From assembly GCA_023422005.1 (NCBI GenBank), contig JAEZSC010000151.1, positions 25,182 to 89,181 on the forward strand: a DNA stretch of 64,000 nt, in the 5' to 3' direction. Of this stretch, positions 54,657 through 64,000 are shown piece by piece. Source of the stretch: Bacillota bacterium. GTDB taxonomy: Bacteria; Bacillota; Clostridia; Christensenellales; UMGS416. Positions within the stretch are counted from its first letter, which is position 1; each line of letters opens with the position of its first letter. A model generated the notes under the pieces. The model searched no databases and was not told the origin of the DNA. It worked only from the letters and a program-made list of their open reading frames with translations. A program made the position numbers and the translations under genes.

Positions 54657-55376
54657 ATGAAGTACCTCAAATTTGTGGCCACCCTTTTCTTACTGTTCCT
54701 GTTTGGATGCACTGGAGGAAAAATATCCGCACCTGCAGACACCAAACATACCTTTGACGGCCTTGTCATCGTTCTGGACCCCGGTCACGGCGGGATAGAC
54801 CATGGGGCTACCAGCGTGACTGGCGCCAAGGAAGATCAGTTGAATTTACAGGTGTGCCTTCTGGTTAGCGATCAGCTCCAGAAAGCCGGCGCCGTGGTCG
54901 TCATGACCAGGGAAAGCGCGGAGGTCGATTATTCCGGCGACGGCGAAACCCGCAAACGCCGGGATATGGCCAACCGCGCGCGGCTCATAGAGGCCAGCAA
55001 AGCCAGCGCGGTCATAAGTGTTCACATGAACAAATATCCAAACGGAAAGTTTTTTGGCCCTCAGACATACTTCCGCAAGGGCGACCAGCTGTGCAGACAA
55101 TTGGCCAGCGATATTCAGGACCAACTGCTTGACAAGCTGCCCAGCTACAAGAAATACCGGGTGATCGAAGGCAACTTTTTTATACTGAACGTTTCAGAGG
55201 TTCCGTCGGTGCTGGTTGAGTGCGGGTTCCTTTCCAACAGGGCAGACGACAAGCGCCTGCAGGATTGTTCCTACCAGCAGAAAGTAGCGGAGTGTATCTT
55301 CATGGGCATCTGCGACTACTTCGGCGTTGTATATGGCAAAAACAAAGATACCGGGTGGTCAGGAGGCTTTGCATGA
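54657..55376 (+). CDS. N-acetylmuramoyl-L-alanine amidase (Amidase_3, CwlD-like) lipoprotein
   Basis: Start set at MKYLKFVATLFLLFLFGCTG (lipobox). VLDPGHGGIDHGA...SVHMN...VECGFLSN amidase_3 motifs. Confidence 0.85.
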   Translation: MKYLKFVATLFLLFLFGCTGGKISAPADTKHTFDGLVIVLDPGHGGIDHGATSVTGAKEDQLNLQVCLLVSDQLQKAGAVVVMTRESAEVDYSGDGETRKRRDMANRARLIEASKASAVISVHMNKYPNGKFFGPQTYFRKGDQLCRQLASDIQDQLLDKLPSYKKYRVIEGNFFILNVSEVPSVLVECGFLSNRADDKRLQDCSYQQKVAECIFMGICDYFGVVYGKNKDTGWSGGFA

Positions 55377-56239
55377 AAAGAACGAAACTTGACTTCCTAA
55401 TAGCGGTCTGCGCCTTGGCTCTGCTGGTTGAGCTGGCTGTCTTCGTGTCGTCTTCGCTTTCGGCATCCGCCTCGTCGGATGCTCCTATGGACGGGGTCCG
55501 GCTGCCCATCATCATGTACCACAGCATCGTTAACGCACCAAACCGCTGGGGAACCTATGTGATCAGCTCCGATGAGCTGGAAAGCGATTTGAAGTATCTT
55601 GAAGAGAACCACTATACAACCGTTACGATACAGGACCTGATCGGATATGTATACGAGGGTAAGGCGCTGCCGGAAAAGCCCGTCATGCTGACGTTCGATG
55701 ACGGATACTACAACAACTACCTGTACGTCCTCCCGCTGCTGGAAAAGCACAACATGCGAGCTGTCATCTCAATTGTCGGGATATATACGGACAGATTCAG
55801 CGTTGCGGTGGACAACAATCCCCTTTACTCCCATGTAACCTGGCCTCAGATCAGGGAAATGGTGAATTCCGGATACGTCGAGATTCAGAATCATTCCTAC
55901 GACCTGCATAAGATCAGCAAGGATCGCAGCGCGAGCATGAAGGTCAGCGGAGAGTCCATCGAGCATTATCGGGCCATCTTGATATCGGACACCATCAAAC
56001 TGCAGTCGCTTATGGATATCAACACAGGCCGAATGCCGACAGCCTTCACCTACCCCTTCGGGCTCGTGAGCAAGGACTCCACCGCCATCATAAAGGACAT
56101 AGGCTTCAAAGCCTCGCTGTCCTGCTATTCGGGAATCAACCAGATTACCGATGATCCGGACAGCCTGTATTTGTTGAAACGATTGTTAAGGCCCCACGGA
56201 AAGCCGGTATCGCGGCTGCTGGCTGGAAAATATAAGTAG
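55373..56239 (+). CDS. Polysaccharide deacetylase family protein (PdaA/PdaB-like)
   Basis: Start set at MKRTKLDFLI (ATGA overlap with the amidase gene). NodB-type MLTFDDGY motif after a membrane anchor. Confidence 0.85.
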   Translation: MKRTKLDFLIAVCALALLVELAVFVSSSLSASASSDAPMDGVRLPIIMYHSIVNAPNRWGTYVISSDELESDLKYLEENHYTTVTIQDLIGYVYEGKALPEKPVMLTFDDGYYNNYLYVLPLLEKHNMRAVISIVGIYTDRFSVAVDNNPLYSHVTWPQIREMVNSGYVEIQNHSYDLHKISKDRSASMKVSGESIEHYRAILISDTIKLQSLMDINTGRMPTAFTYPFGLVSKDSTAIIKDIGFKASLSCYSGINQITDDPDSLYLLKRLLRPHGKPVSRLLAGKYK

Positions 56240-56455
56240 GCGGGCGAAGACCCGGCGGCAGAGGGGATCATGAGCGCGGAGCTGTTCCCCTGCCGGGTTG
56301 CACGGATATGAGGCTGGAATCTCAGGATTGCGGCAGCCATACGTGGAACGTTTCTCCAGGTTCGTGAGTCTAAGAGTTGTCGCAGAACCGGAGATTGCCG
56401 CGCTTTGTGCCGCATCGCCGAAACAAAAGAAAAACGGAGCTTAACGAACAAAGCC

Positions 56456-57841
56456 ATGAAATACAATAAAATTACGATCCTGCTGCCGGCGCTGTGCGTG
56501 CTGCTTTTAAGCGCCTGTTCGGGGATAGGCGTCTTTCTGGGCCAGGTGGCTCAATTCGAGCTGCCCGCCGCCTGGGGAATGCCTGCCAACCCCGACGCTA
56601 CAGCCGGCAAGCACCAGGAGGGCCAGCCGATGATCACCGCCGACGCTTCCGGCCATGGCCGGTTCGAACCCACACCCACCAACATCGTTGCCCCCAACGC
56701 CGGCGCAGCGGAGTGGTTGGTCAACTGCGACGAATCCGTATCCCTGCGCGAAGCGCCGGACTACGGTGCCAAGTCCATCCGCAAGGTGCTCAAGGGCGAA
56801 TCCGTGGAAGTGCTCGGGTTCATAGGGGTGTTTGCGAAGGTCAAGTACGGTTCACTGGAAGGTTATATCCTCTCAAGCTATGTGAAGCCCGAGTCCGGCG
56901 GGTTCGAAAGCGAGCTGCGCATCGTGCGCCCGGTGGAGAACTACAGCTACGGGCAAATGCTGGACGACATGGAGAAGCTCAAGAAAAAGTATCCCTCCAA
57001 GGTGACGCTGGGCAGCATAGGCCGCAGCGAGGAAGGCGCAGATATCCCGGTTATGATCGTCGGGAGCCCGGACGCCAAGCATCAGGTGCTCGTACAGGGG
57101 GCCATGCACGGGCGGGAGCACGCGACGGCCTGGCTGGTTATGGCCCAGGCAGAGTACATGCTTGCATCCGGCAGCCGCGACTTCATGGGCGGCACGATCA
57201 AAGAAGCGCTGCGGAATGTGAGCTTCCACATCATCCCCATGAGCAACCCCGATGGCGTCAAGATCAGCCAGCAGCGCGTGCTGTCGAAACAGCAGATGGC
57301 GATATACGAGAGCGACAGGGCCAAGGGGTACACAAAAAGCAGCCCCGCAGAATACGCAGCCTTATGGAAGGCCAACGCGCGCGGCGTAGACCTGAACAGG
57401 AACTTCGACGCTTCGTGGGACGAGCTGGATATACGGGATCAGCCCTCCACCGAGCGCTACAAGGGAACCGCGCCGGTGGACCAGAACGAGAGCCGGGCCC
57501 TGGCGCAATATGCGCTGAAACATTCCTTCGCGGCGACGGTCAGCTACCATGCTACGGGCTCCTTGCTGTACTATGACTACGGCGACGATGTAAGTGTCGT
57601 GAAACGATCCTATGACCTCGCCATTGCCATTCAGGATGTAACCGGATATGCGCCGACAAAGGACGATGAGCTGGATGCCGGCGGGTTCAAGGATTGGGCG
57701 ATGGCCCACGGCGGCATTCCCTCTGTGACCGTGGAGGTCGGGTGCCAGGATGCGCCGCTGCAGGAGAGGGAGATTTACGCTTTGTATGAGCGGAACAAGC
57801 TTGTCTTGCCGGCGGTGGCGGCGTGGGTTAAGAAGGGGTAA
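56456..57841 (+). CDS. M14 zinc carboxypeptidase (gamma-D-Glu-DAP peptidase-like) lipoprotein with an SH3-like domain
   Basis: Start set at MKYNKITILLPALCVLLLSACSG (lipobox). HGREHAT zinc motif, NPDG. The start is less certain because the SD is distant. Confidence 0.8.
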   Translation: MKYNKITILLPALCVLLLSACSGIGVFLGQVAQFELPAAWGMPANPDATAGKHQEGQPMITADASGHGRFEPTPTNIVAPNAGAAEWLVNCDESVSLREAPDYGAKSIRKVLKGESVEVLGFIGVFAKVKYGSLEGYILSSYVKPESGGFESELRIVRPVENYSYGQMLDDMEKLKKKYPSKVTLGSIGRSEEGADIPVMIVGSPDAKHQVLVQGAMHGREHATAWLVMAQAEYMLASGSRDFMGGTIKEALRNVSFHIIPMSNPDGVKISQQRVLSKQQMAIYESDRAKGYTKSSPAEYAALWKANARGVDLNRNFDASWDELDIRDQPSTERYKGTAPVDQNESRALAQYALKHSFAATVSYHATGSLLYYDYGDDVSVVKRSYDLAIAIQDVTGYAPTKDDELDAGGFKDWAMAHGGIPSVTVEVGCQDAPLQEREIYALYERNKLVLPAVAAWVKKG

Positions 57842-58241
57842 CTGTAAAGCCCTTATGGTTTGCTAAAATGATTTCTGTTTTTCGTGTCCACTTTTCTGAT
57901 AAGCGTTCTATTAGTGTTATTTTATCATTGTCGAACCGTATATCGTTTAAATTGTCTATACTTACTTCATAATAAGCGCTTGGTTTAACTATCTTAATAC
58001 CTGTGTCTTCGTCAAATACAATTCCTCGGTTCTCATCAAACCCCTCAATCATAAGTCTTGCACCACTAAATCGCAATCCGCAATGCTCAACTTGAAGGCA
58101 AAATTGACAAGAAGAAGTAAAATGCCTATCATAACTACTTCTATCTGTAGTCAAGTATTCTTTTATTGTAATGGTTTCGCCTTTTAGTTGCTCAAGTTTA
58201 TTAACCGTATTTTCTAGCTTTTCAATTAACTCCTTATCCAT
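57828..58241 (-). CDS. Hypothetical protein in an AT-rich islet
   Basis: 137 aa. AGGAAAGG RBS and candidate TTGTAT-17-TATAAT promoter upstream. No recognisable motif. Its 3' end overlaps the M14 gene by 14 nt. Confidence 0.5.
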   Translation of the reverse strand: MDKELIEKLENTVNKLEQLKGETITIKEYLTTDRSSYDRHFTSSCQFCLQVEHCGLRFSGARLMIEGFDENRGIVFDEDTGIKIVKPSAYYEVSIDNLNDIRFDNDKITLIERLSEKWTRKTEIILANHKGFTVTPS

Positions 58242-58432
58242 ACAGATTGCCTTTCCTGCTAAATATTAGAGGTTTGTGACACCCCTCAAGTTCAGTTCCT
58301 CATTCACCTTTGTACAAGCGCGAAAGTATGGCTATTATAATCCCAAGATATAGCAAATACAATATCATATACTAGAGTTTATGAATAAGAAGAGCATGAC
58401 GCGCCCGTATATCCTTTCAATGGCTATTAAAC

Positions 58433-58538
58433 GTGGTCACACCGAAGGGGTCTGATGATGGAATTCGAACCCCATGACTGGGCTTGTACCAAGCCCTGAA
58501 AAGCCTGCAGCACTTTGATTCTTTGCTGGCACAACCAC
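58433..58538 (-). ncRNA. Candidate tRNA-like structured RNA or degenerate tRNA remnant
   Basis: Minus strand. The ends pair over 11 bp (GUGGUUGUGCC with GGUGUGACCAC, four of them G-U). Internal hairpins are AGCA..UGCU, GGGCUU-GGUAC-AAGCCC and a T-arm-like AUGGG-GUUCGAAU-UCCAU. There is no canonical anticodon loop or CCA. Confidence 0.3.
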
Positions 58539-58544
58539 AGAGAA

Positions 58545-58578
58545 AGCAAAAACCCCAACTTGCGGTGGGGTTTTTGCT
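58545..58578 (-). terminator. Intrinsic terminator after tRNA-Thr
   Basis: Minus strand: AGCAAAAACCCCA...UGGGGUUUUUGCU followed by UUCU. Confidence 0.7.
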
Positions 58579-58580
58579 TC

Positions 58581-58656
<76 letters not shown>

Positions 58657-58683
58657 ACAAATGGTTTGTCTGGTGCGAAAGGT

Positions 58684-58712
58684 ATTATAGCAAAAGGACG
58701 GGCAAAAAGCAA
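58684..58712 (-). promoter_or_regulatory. Candidate sigma-A promoter of tRNA-Thr
   Basis: Minus strand: TTGCTT, a 17-nt spacer, then TATAAT, about 28 nt upstream of the tRNA 5' end. Confidence 0.5.
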
Positions 58713-58759
58713 CCACGAAATTTTGATGCATCGATTCAAGCCCACCCTTGCAAGTCTAC

Positions 58760-58789
58760 TTGCACGACCCTGCCAAAAAGGAGTATAAT
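58760..58789 (+). promoter_or_regulatory. Candidate sigma-A promoter of the aspS-gat operon
   Basis: TTGCAC, an 18-nt spacer, then TATAAT. Confidence 0.5.
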
Positions 58790-58871
58790 TGTATAAATTA
58801 TCATCCATCATGAAGCGTGTATGAAAGATTTTCCCGCGGAGCTCGGCAAATCCGCGGGTTTGGAGGTTTTT

Positions 58872-60188
58872 ATGGCCGTCGTCTCCGGTTTGGTCCCCCC
58901 TAAGCTCACTTTGGAAGGCCTGAAAAACGCCAATGGCCCTGTAACAATATGCGGTATTGTGCATAAAATCCGTGATATGGGTTCTTTCGCCTTCGTCATG
59001 CTGCGCACCGGGCGCTATGTGCTGCAATGCGTGGCCGACCAGGCGCTGACCGCCCAATGCCTGGACCTGCGCGAGGGCTATGGCATCCGCGCCCAGGGCA
59101 TCGTGCGCGCCGACGGGCGCGCCGCCTACGGATTTGAGATCGCCTTGAGCGCCGTGGAAGTGCTCTCGCGCTTAGCCGAGCCGCTGCCGGTGACGATCAA
59201 CAAACGTAAGAGCCACATCTCCATAGAGGCCTCACTGGAATACCGCCCGGCGGCGCTGCGCAACCCCGCCATGCGCGCGGCCTTCAAGATGCAGGAGGCG
59301 CTCAGCCGCGCCTTCCGCGAATACCTGACGGCGCAGGATTTCACCGAGATCCATTCGCCAAAGATCGTGGGCGCCGGTGCCGAGGGCGGCAGCAACCTAT
59401 TCAAACTGCAATACTTCGACCGCAAGGTGTTTTTGGCCCAAAGCCCTCAGTTCTACAAGCAAGCCATGGTGCCGGTGTTCGAGCGCGTGTTCGAGATCGG
59501 CCCGGTGTTCCGCGCTGAGCGCCACAACACCAGCCGCCATCTCAACGAATACACGAGCATGGATTTCGAGATGGGCTTCATCGACAGCATGTTTGACGTG
59601 ATGAACATGGAGACCGGCCTGCTGCGCTACACGCTGGAACTTCTGGAGCGTGAATACGCCGAAGAACTGCGCGTGCTGGACGTCAAGATGCCACGCATCG
59701 GCGGGGATGGCATTCCGGCCATCCGCTTCCACGACGCCAAGGCGGTGCTGGAGAGCAAGTACGGCCGCAAGATCACTTCCTATAACGACATCGAACCGCA
59801 GGAAGAAGTGCTGCTGTGCCAATATGCCCAAGAGGAGTTGGGCTGCCCGTTCCTGTTCGTTACCCACTACCCCACGTCGGCGCGGCCCTTCTACGTTATG
59901 GAAGACCCGGAGAACTCCGAGGTCACGCTGAGCTTTGACCTGCTGTTCCGCGGCTTGGAGATCACCTCCGGCGGCCAGCGCATCCATGATTATGACATGC
60001 AGGTGGCCAAGATGCGCCGCATGGGCCTGGACCCGGCGGATTTCGAAGGATACCTGATGACCCACAAATACGGCACGCCGCCCCACGGCGGCCTGGGCCT
60101 GGAGCGCCTGACGATGCAGCTATTGGGGCTGGACAACATCCGCTGGACGGCGCTGTTCCCCCGGGACATGAACCGCGTGGAACCATAA
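58872..60188 (+). CDS. aspS: Aspartate--tRNA ligase, archaeal/short type (probably non-discriminating, given the adjacent gatCAB)
   Basis: Start set at MAVVSGLV (GGAGG RBS). Class IIb motifs FRAERHNTSRHLNEYTSMDFE and GGLGLERL. About 438 aa, as in archaeal-type AspRS. Confidence 0.9.
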   Translation: MAVVSGLVPPKLTLEGLKNANGPVTICGIVHKIRDMGSFAFVMLRTGRYVLQCVADQALTAQCLDLREGYGIRAQGIVRADGRAAYGFEIALSAVEVLSRLAEPLPVTINKRKSHISIEASLEYRPAALRNPAMRAAFKMQEALSRAFREYLTAQDFTEIHSPKIVGAGAEGGSNLFKLQYFDRKVFLAQSPQFYKQAMVPVFERVFEIGPVFRAERHNTSRHLNEYTSMDFEMGFIDSMFDVMNMETGLLRYTLELLEREYAEELRVLDVKMPRIGGDGIPAIRFHDAKAVLESKYGRKITSYNDIEPQEEVLLCQYAQEELGCPFLFVTHYPTSARPFYVMEDPENSEVTLSFDLLFRGLEITSGGQRIHDYDMQVAKMRRMGLDPADFEGYLMTHKYGTPPHGGLGLERLTMQLLGLDNIRWTALFPRDMNRVEP

Positions 60189-60197
60189 GGAGAGCAT

Positions 60198-60485
60198 ATG
60201 GACATCACGACCGATCACGCCGCATACATCGCGAAGCTGGCCAAGCTGAGCTTTAACGAGAAAGAGCTGGAGGCCATGGCCGCCGACATGCAGAGCATAC
60301 TGGGCTTTGCTCAGGAGATCAACGAGTTGGATACCTCCAGCGTCGCCCCCATGGAGCATGTGCTGCCCATACAGAACGTGCTGCGCACCGACGGTGAGCC
60401 CTCCCCTTTCGCCCGGGAGGCGCTGCTGGCAAACGCGCCGCAGCAGGTGGACGGCTGCTTTGCCGTGCCCAAGGTGATCGAGTAG
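60198..60485 (+). CDS. gatC: Asp-tRNA(Asn)/Glu-tRNA(Gln) amidotransferase subunit C
   Basis: 95 aa. IAKLAKLSFNEKELEAMAADMQSILGF typical GatC. Confidence 0.9.
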   Translation: MDITTDHAAYIAKLAKLSFNEKELEAMAADMQSILGFAQEINELDTSSVAPMEHVLPIQNVLRTDGEPSPFAREALLANAPQQVDGCFAVPKVIE

Positions 60486-60521
60486 GCCGCGCATTGCTTC
60501 AAAAGCCGTTAAGAGGTGACC

Positions 60522-61149
60522 ATGCAGGAAGAAATCAAAGCATCGCTGCGCCTGTCCTACGACGCCAACGCCTTGGACAGGGAAAGCGGCGACATGCAGC
60601 CGTGGAAACTGCAGCCCAGATCAGCGTATCTTGAGTTGCTGGTGAAAGAGCGCAAGACTTCGCTGCTGGAGATCGGCGCCGGCCCCGGCAAAGACAGCCG
60701 CTTCTTCGCAGACCACGGTATGGACGTGACGGCCACAGATCTGTCGCCCAACATGATCGAGCTGTGCAAGCAAAAGGGCCTGCGCGCCCAAGTGCTGGAT
60801 TTCTTCCGCCTGAATGAGCTGGGACGGACCTTTGACGCCGTGTGGTCCATGAACTGCCTGCTGCACGTGCGCAAAGCCAACCTGGACGCCGTGCTGCGGC
60901 AGATCGACGGCGTGCTGAACCCCGATGGCCTGTTCCACATGGGCGTGTACGGGGACAGGGATTTCGAAGGTGTCCGTGAGGAAGATGTCTGCGAACCCAA
61001 GCGGTTCTTTTCCTTCTTTGCCCACGACCACCTGAAGGCCGTGCTAGAAAGGCATTTCGATATTGTGGAGTTCACCGTCATTGAAACCGGCGACAACGTC
61101 GCGTTCCAATCGGTTGTATTGAGAAAACGAGCCAAGGTGCAGGAGTCCT

Positions 61150-61166
<17 letters not shown>
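60522..61166 (+). CDS. Class I SAM-dependent methyltransferase inserted between gatC and gatA
   Basis: Start set at MQEEIK (AAGAGG RBS). Motif I LLEIGAGPGKDS. Overlaps the gatA start by 17 nt. Confidence 0.8.
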
Positions 61167-62622
<1,456 letters not shown>

Positions 62623-62635
62623 GCGAGGTAATGTG

Positions 62636-64000
62636 ATGAGCACTGTATACGAAACCGTCATCGGTCTGGAAATCCACTGCGAGCTGAACACCAAAACCAA
62701 GGTGTTCTGCGGCTGCTCCACGGAGTTCGGCGGCGAGCCTAACAGCCACACGTGCCCGGTATGCACAGCCATGCCCGGCACGCTGCCGGTGCTCAACCGC
62801 GAAGCCGTGGAAAAGTGCGTGACCGCAGGCCTGGCACTGGGCTGCGAAATCAACCGCCACGCCAGCATGGACCGAAAGAACTACTTCTACCCGGACCTGC
62901 CCAAGGCCTACCAAATCAGCCAGCTCTATCAGCCGCTGTGCAAGGGCGGCCTGGTGCGCTTTGCCTACACCGACGATCAGGGCAACGCCCGCGAGGGCGC
63001 GGTGCGCATCAACCGCATCCACCTGGAAGAGGACGCCGGCAAGTCGCTGCACGACGCCTATGGCCGCTCCACGCTGCTGGACTTCAACCGCTGTGGCGTG
63101 CCTCTCATCGAGATCGTCACTGAGCCGGATATCCGCTCCGCCGAGGAGGCTGGCGCCTTCGTGGACACCGTACGCGCCATACTGCAGTTTGCCGGCGTCA
63201 GCGAATGCCAGATGCAAAAGGGCAACCTGCGCGCCGACATCAACCTGAGCGTACGCCCCGTGGGTGGGCCTTTGGGCACCCGCACGGAGATGAAAAACCT
63301 AAACAGCCTGAAAGCCATCGTGCGCGCCGCCAAGAGCGAGGCCGCTCGCCAGATTGAGCTGCTGGGCGAGGGCCGCCGCGTGGTGCAGGAGACCCGCCGC
63401 TGGGACGATAACAAGGGCCGCTCCATCGCCATGCGCAGCAAGGAGGAGGCCAACGATTACCGCTACTTCCCAGATCCCGACCTGCTGCCGATCGTGCTGG
63501 ACGATGAATGGATGTCCAGGCTGAGCGCGGCACTTCCCGAGCTGCCCGAGGCCAAGCGCGCCCGCTATGTGCGCGACTACGGCCTGCCGGAATACGACGC
63601 CGCGATACTGACCACCGACCCGGCCATGGCCCGTTTCTTTGAGGAGGCCGCCGCCGGCGCCGCCAGCGCCAAGGCCGTCAGCAACCTGCTCATGGGCGAC
63701 ATCCTGCGCCGTGTCAAGGAAGACGAGAGCACGACCTTCGCCGCGCTGCCCTTCACACCGGCGAAGTTGGCGCAGCTTGTGAACCTGTTGGAGGGCGGCA
63801 CGATCAACAGCACCACGGGCAAGGCCGTGCTGGAGCGCATGTTCTCAGACGAGGGAGACCCCAAGGCCATCGTGGAAAAGCACGGCCTGGTAAAGGTGTC
63901 CGACACCGGCGCGCTGGCCGAAGCCGCCCGCCGCGTCATCGCCGCCAACGCCGACGCCGTGCGCGACCATCGCGCCGGTAAGGACAAGGTGTTCGGCTTC
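62636..64000 (+). CDS. gatB: Asp-tRNA(Asn)/Glu-tRNA(Gln) amidotransferase subunit B; the 3' end lies outside the window
   Basis: Not in the ORF track because there is no stop within the window. My translation from ATG 62636: MSTVYETVIGLEIHCELNTKTKVFCGCSTEFGGEPNSHTCPVCTAMPGTLPVLN...DRKNYFYPDLPKAYQISQ, canonical GatB. Confidence 0.9.
   Translation, partial: MSTVYETVIGLEIHCELNTKTKVFCGCSTEFGGEPNSHTCPVCTAMPGTLPVLNREAVEKCVTAGLALGCEINRHASMDRKNYFYPDLPKAYQISQLYQPLCKGGLVRFAYTDDQGNAREGAVRINRIHLEEDAGKSLHDAYGRSTLLDFNRCGVPLIEIVTEPDIRSAEEAGAFVDTVRAILQFAGVSECQMQKGNLRADINLSVRPVGGPLGTRTEMKNLNSLKAIVRAAKSEAARQIELLGEGRRVVQETRRWDDNKGRSIAMRSKEEANDYRYFPDPDLLPIVLDDEWMSRLSAALPELPEAKRARYVRDYGLPEYDAAILTTDPAMARFFEEAAAGAASAKAVSNLLMGDILRRVKEDESTTFAALPFTPAKLAQLVNLLEGGTINSTTGKAVLERMFSDEGDPKAIVEKHGLVKVSDTGALAEAARRVIAANADAVRDHRAGKDKVFGF

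Noticed and set aside
56240-56455. A 215-nt untranslated region upstream of the M14 peptidase gene with a GGCAGAGGGGA...TCCCCTGCC hairpin. I considered a c-di-AMP (ydaO-type) or other riboswitch, since these often precede cell-wall hydrolase genes.
   Set aside because: I could not find the conserved ydaO core strings or the pseudo-twofold architecture by eye. The hairpin is more simply the end of the deacetylase transcript. An Rfam scan would settle it.

Overview
This looks like a chromosomal segment from a high-GC, spore-forming Firmicute of the Clostridia type. The assignment is an inference from T-box leaders, dpaA/dpaB, cwlD-like and pdaA-like genes, strong GGAGG ribosome-binding sites and a GC content of roughly 60% judged by eye. 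Coding density is high on both strands, and the high GC produces many long antisense shadow ORFs, which I did not call.

Supported content:
- Translation genes: two tRNAs (Arg-CCG, Thr-GGT); two T-box leaders in front of glyQS and tyrS; an aspS-gatC-(methyltransferase)-gatA-gatB operon.
- Central and sporulation metabolism: pyruvate kinase; a dpaA-dpaB-aspartokinase operon.
- Transport: a MacAB-like efflux operon with two ATPases; a heterodimeric ABC exporter pair; a GntR-ABC operon.
- Other: GH29 and GH127 glycosidases with sfsA; a tandem EAL-HDOD pair; two RimK-like ATP-grasp genes next to a NYN/OST-HTH gene; a translationally coupled cwlD-like/pdaA-like/M14 cell-wall cluster; assorted regulators and small-molecule enzymes.

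I found no transposase, integrase, phage gene, CRISPR array or recognisable defence system.

Most unusual signals:
1. A four-hairpin intergenic element of about 200 nt occurs four times, always in the same orientation. Its linkers are conserved (GCGATTCAGACGNCTTG and TTTCCTCCCGCCG) and its stems carry compensatory changes. Two copies directly bracket an HTH-fusion gene.
2. A tRNA-like structured segment of about 106 nt lies beside tRNA-Thr, at the edge of an AT-rich islet.
3. A serine-palmitoyltransferase-like alpha-oxoamine synthase is divergent from an SDR.
4. A paralogous domain of unknown function occurs once fused to an XRE HTH and once coupled to an AraC regulator.
5. Two short, well-signalled Cys-motif ORFs are missing from the ORF track.

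All functional calls come from motif recognition by eye. No database search was run.
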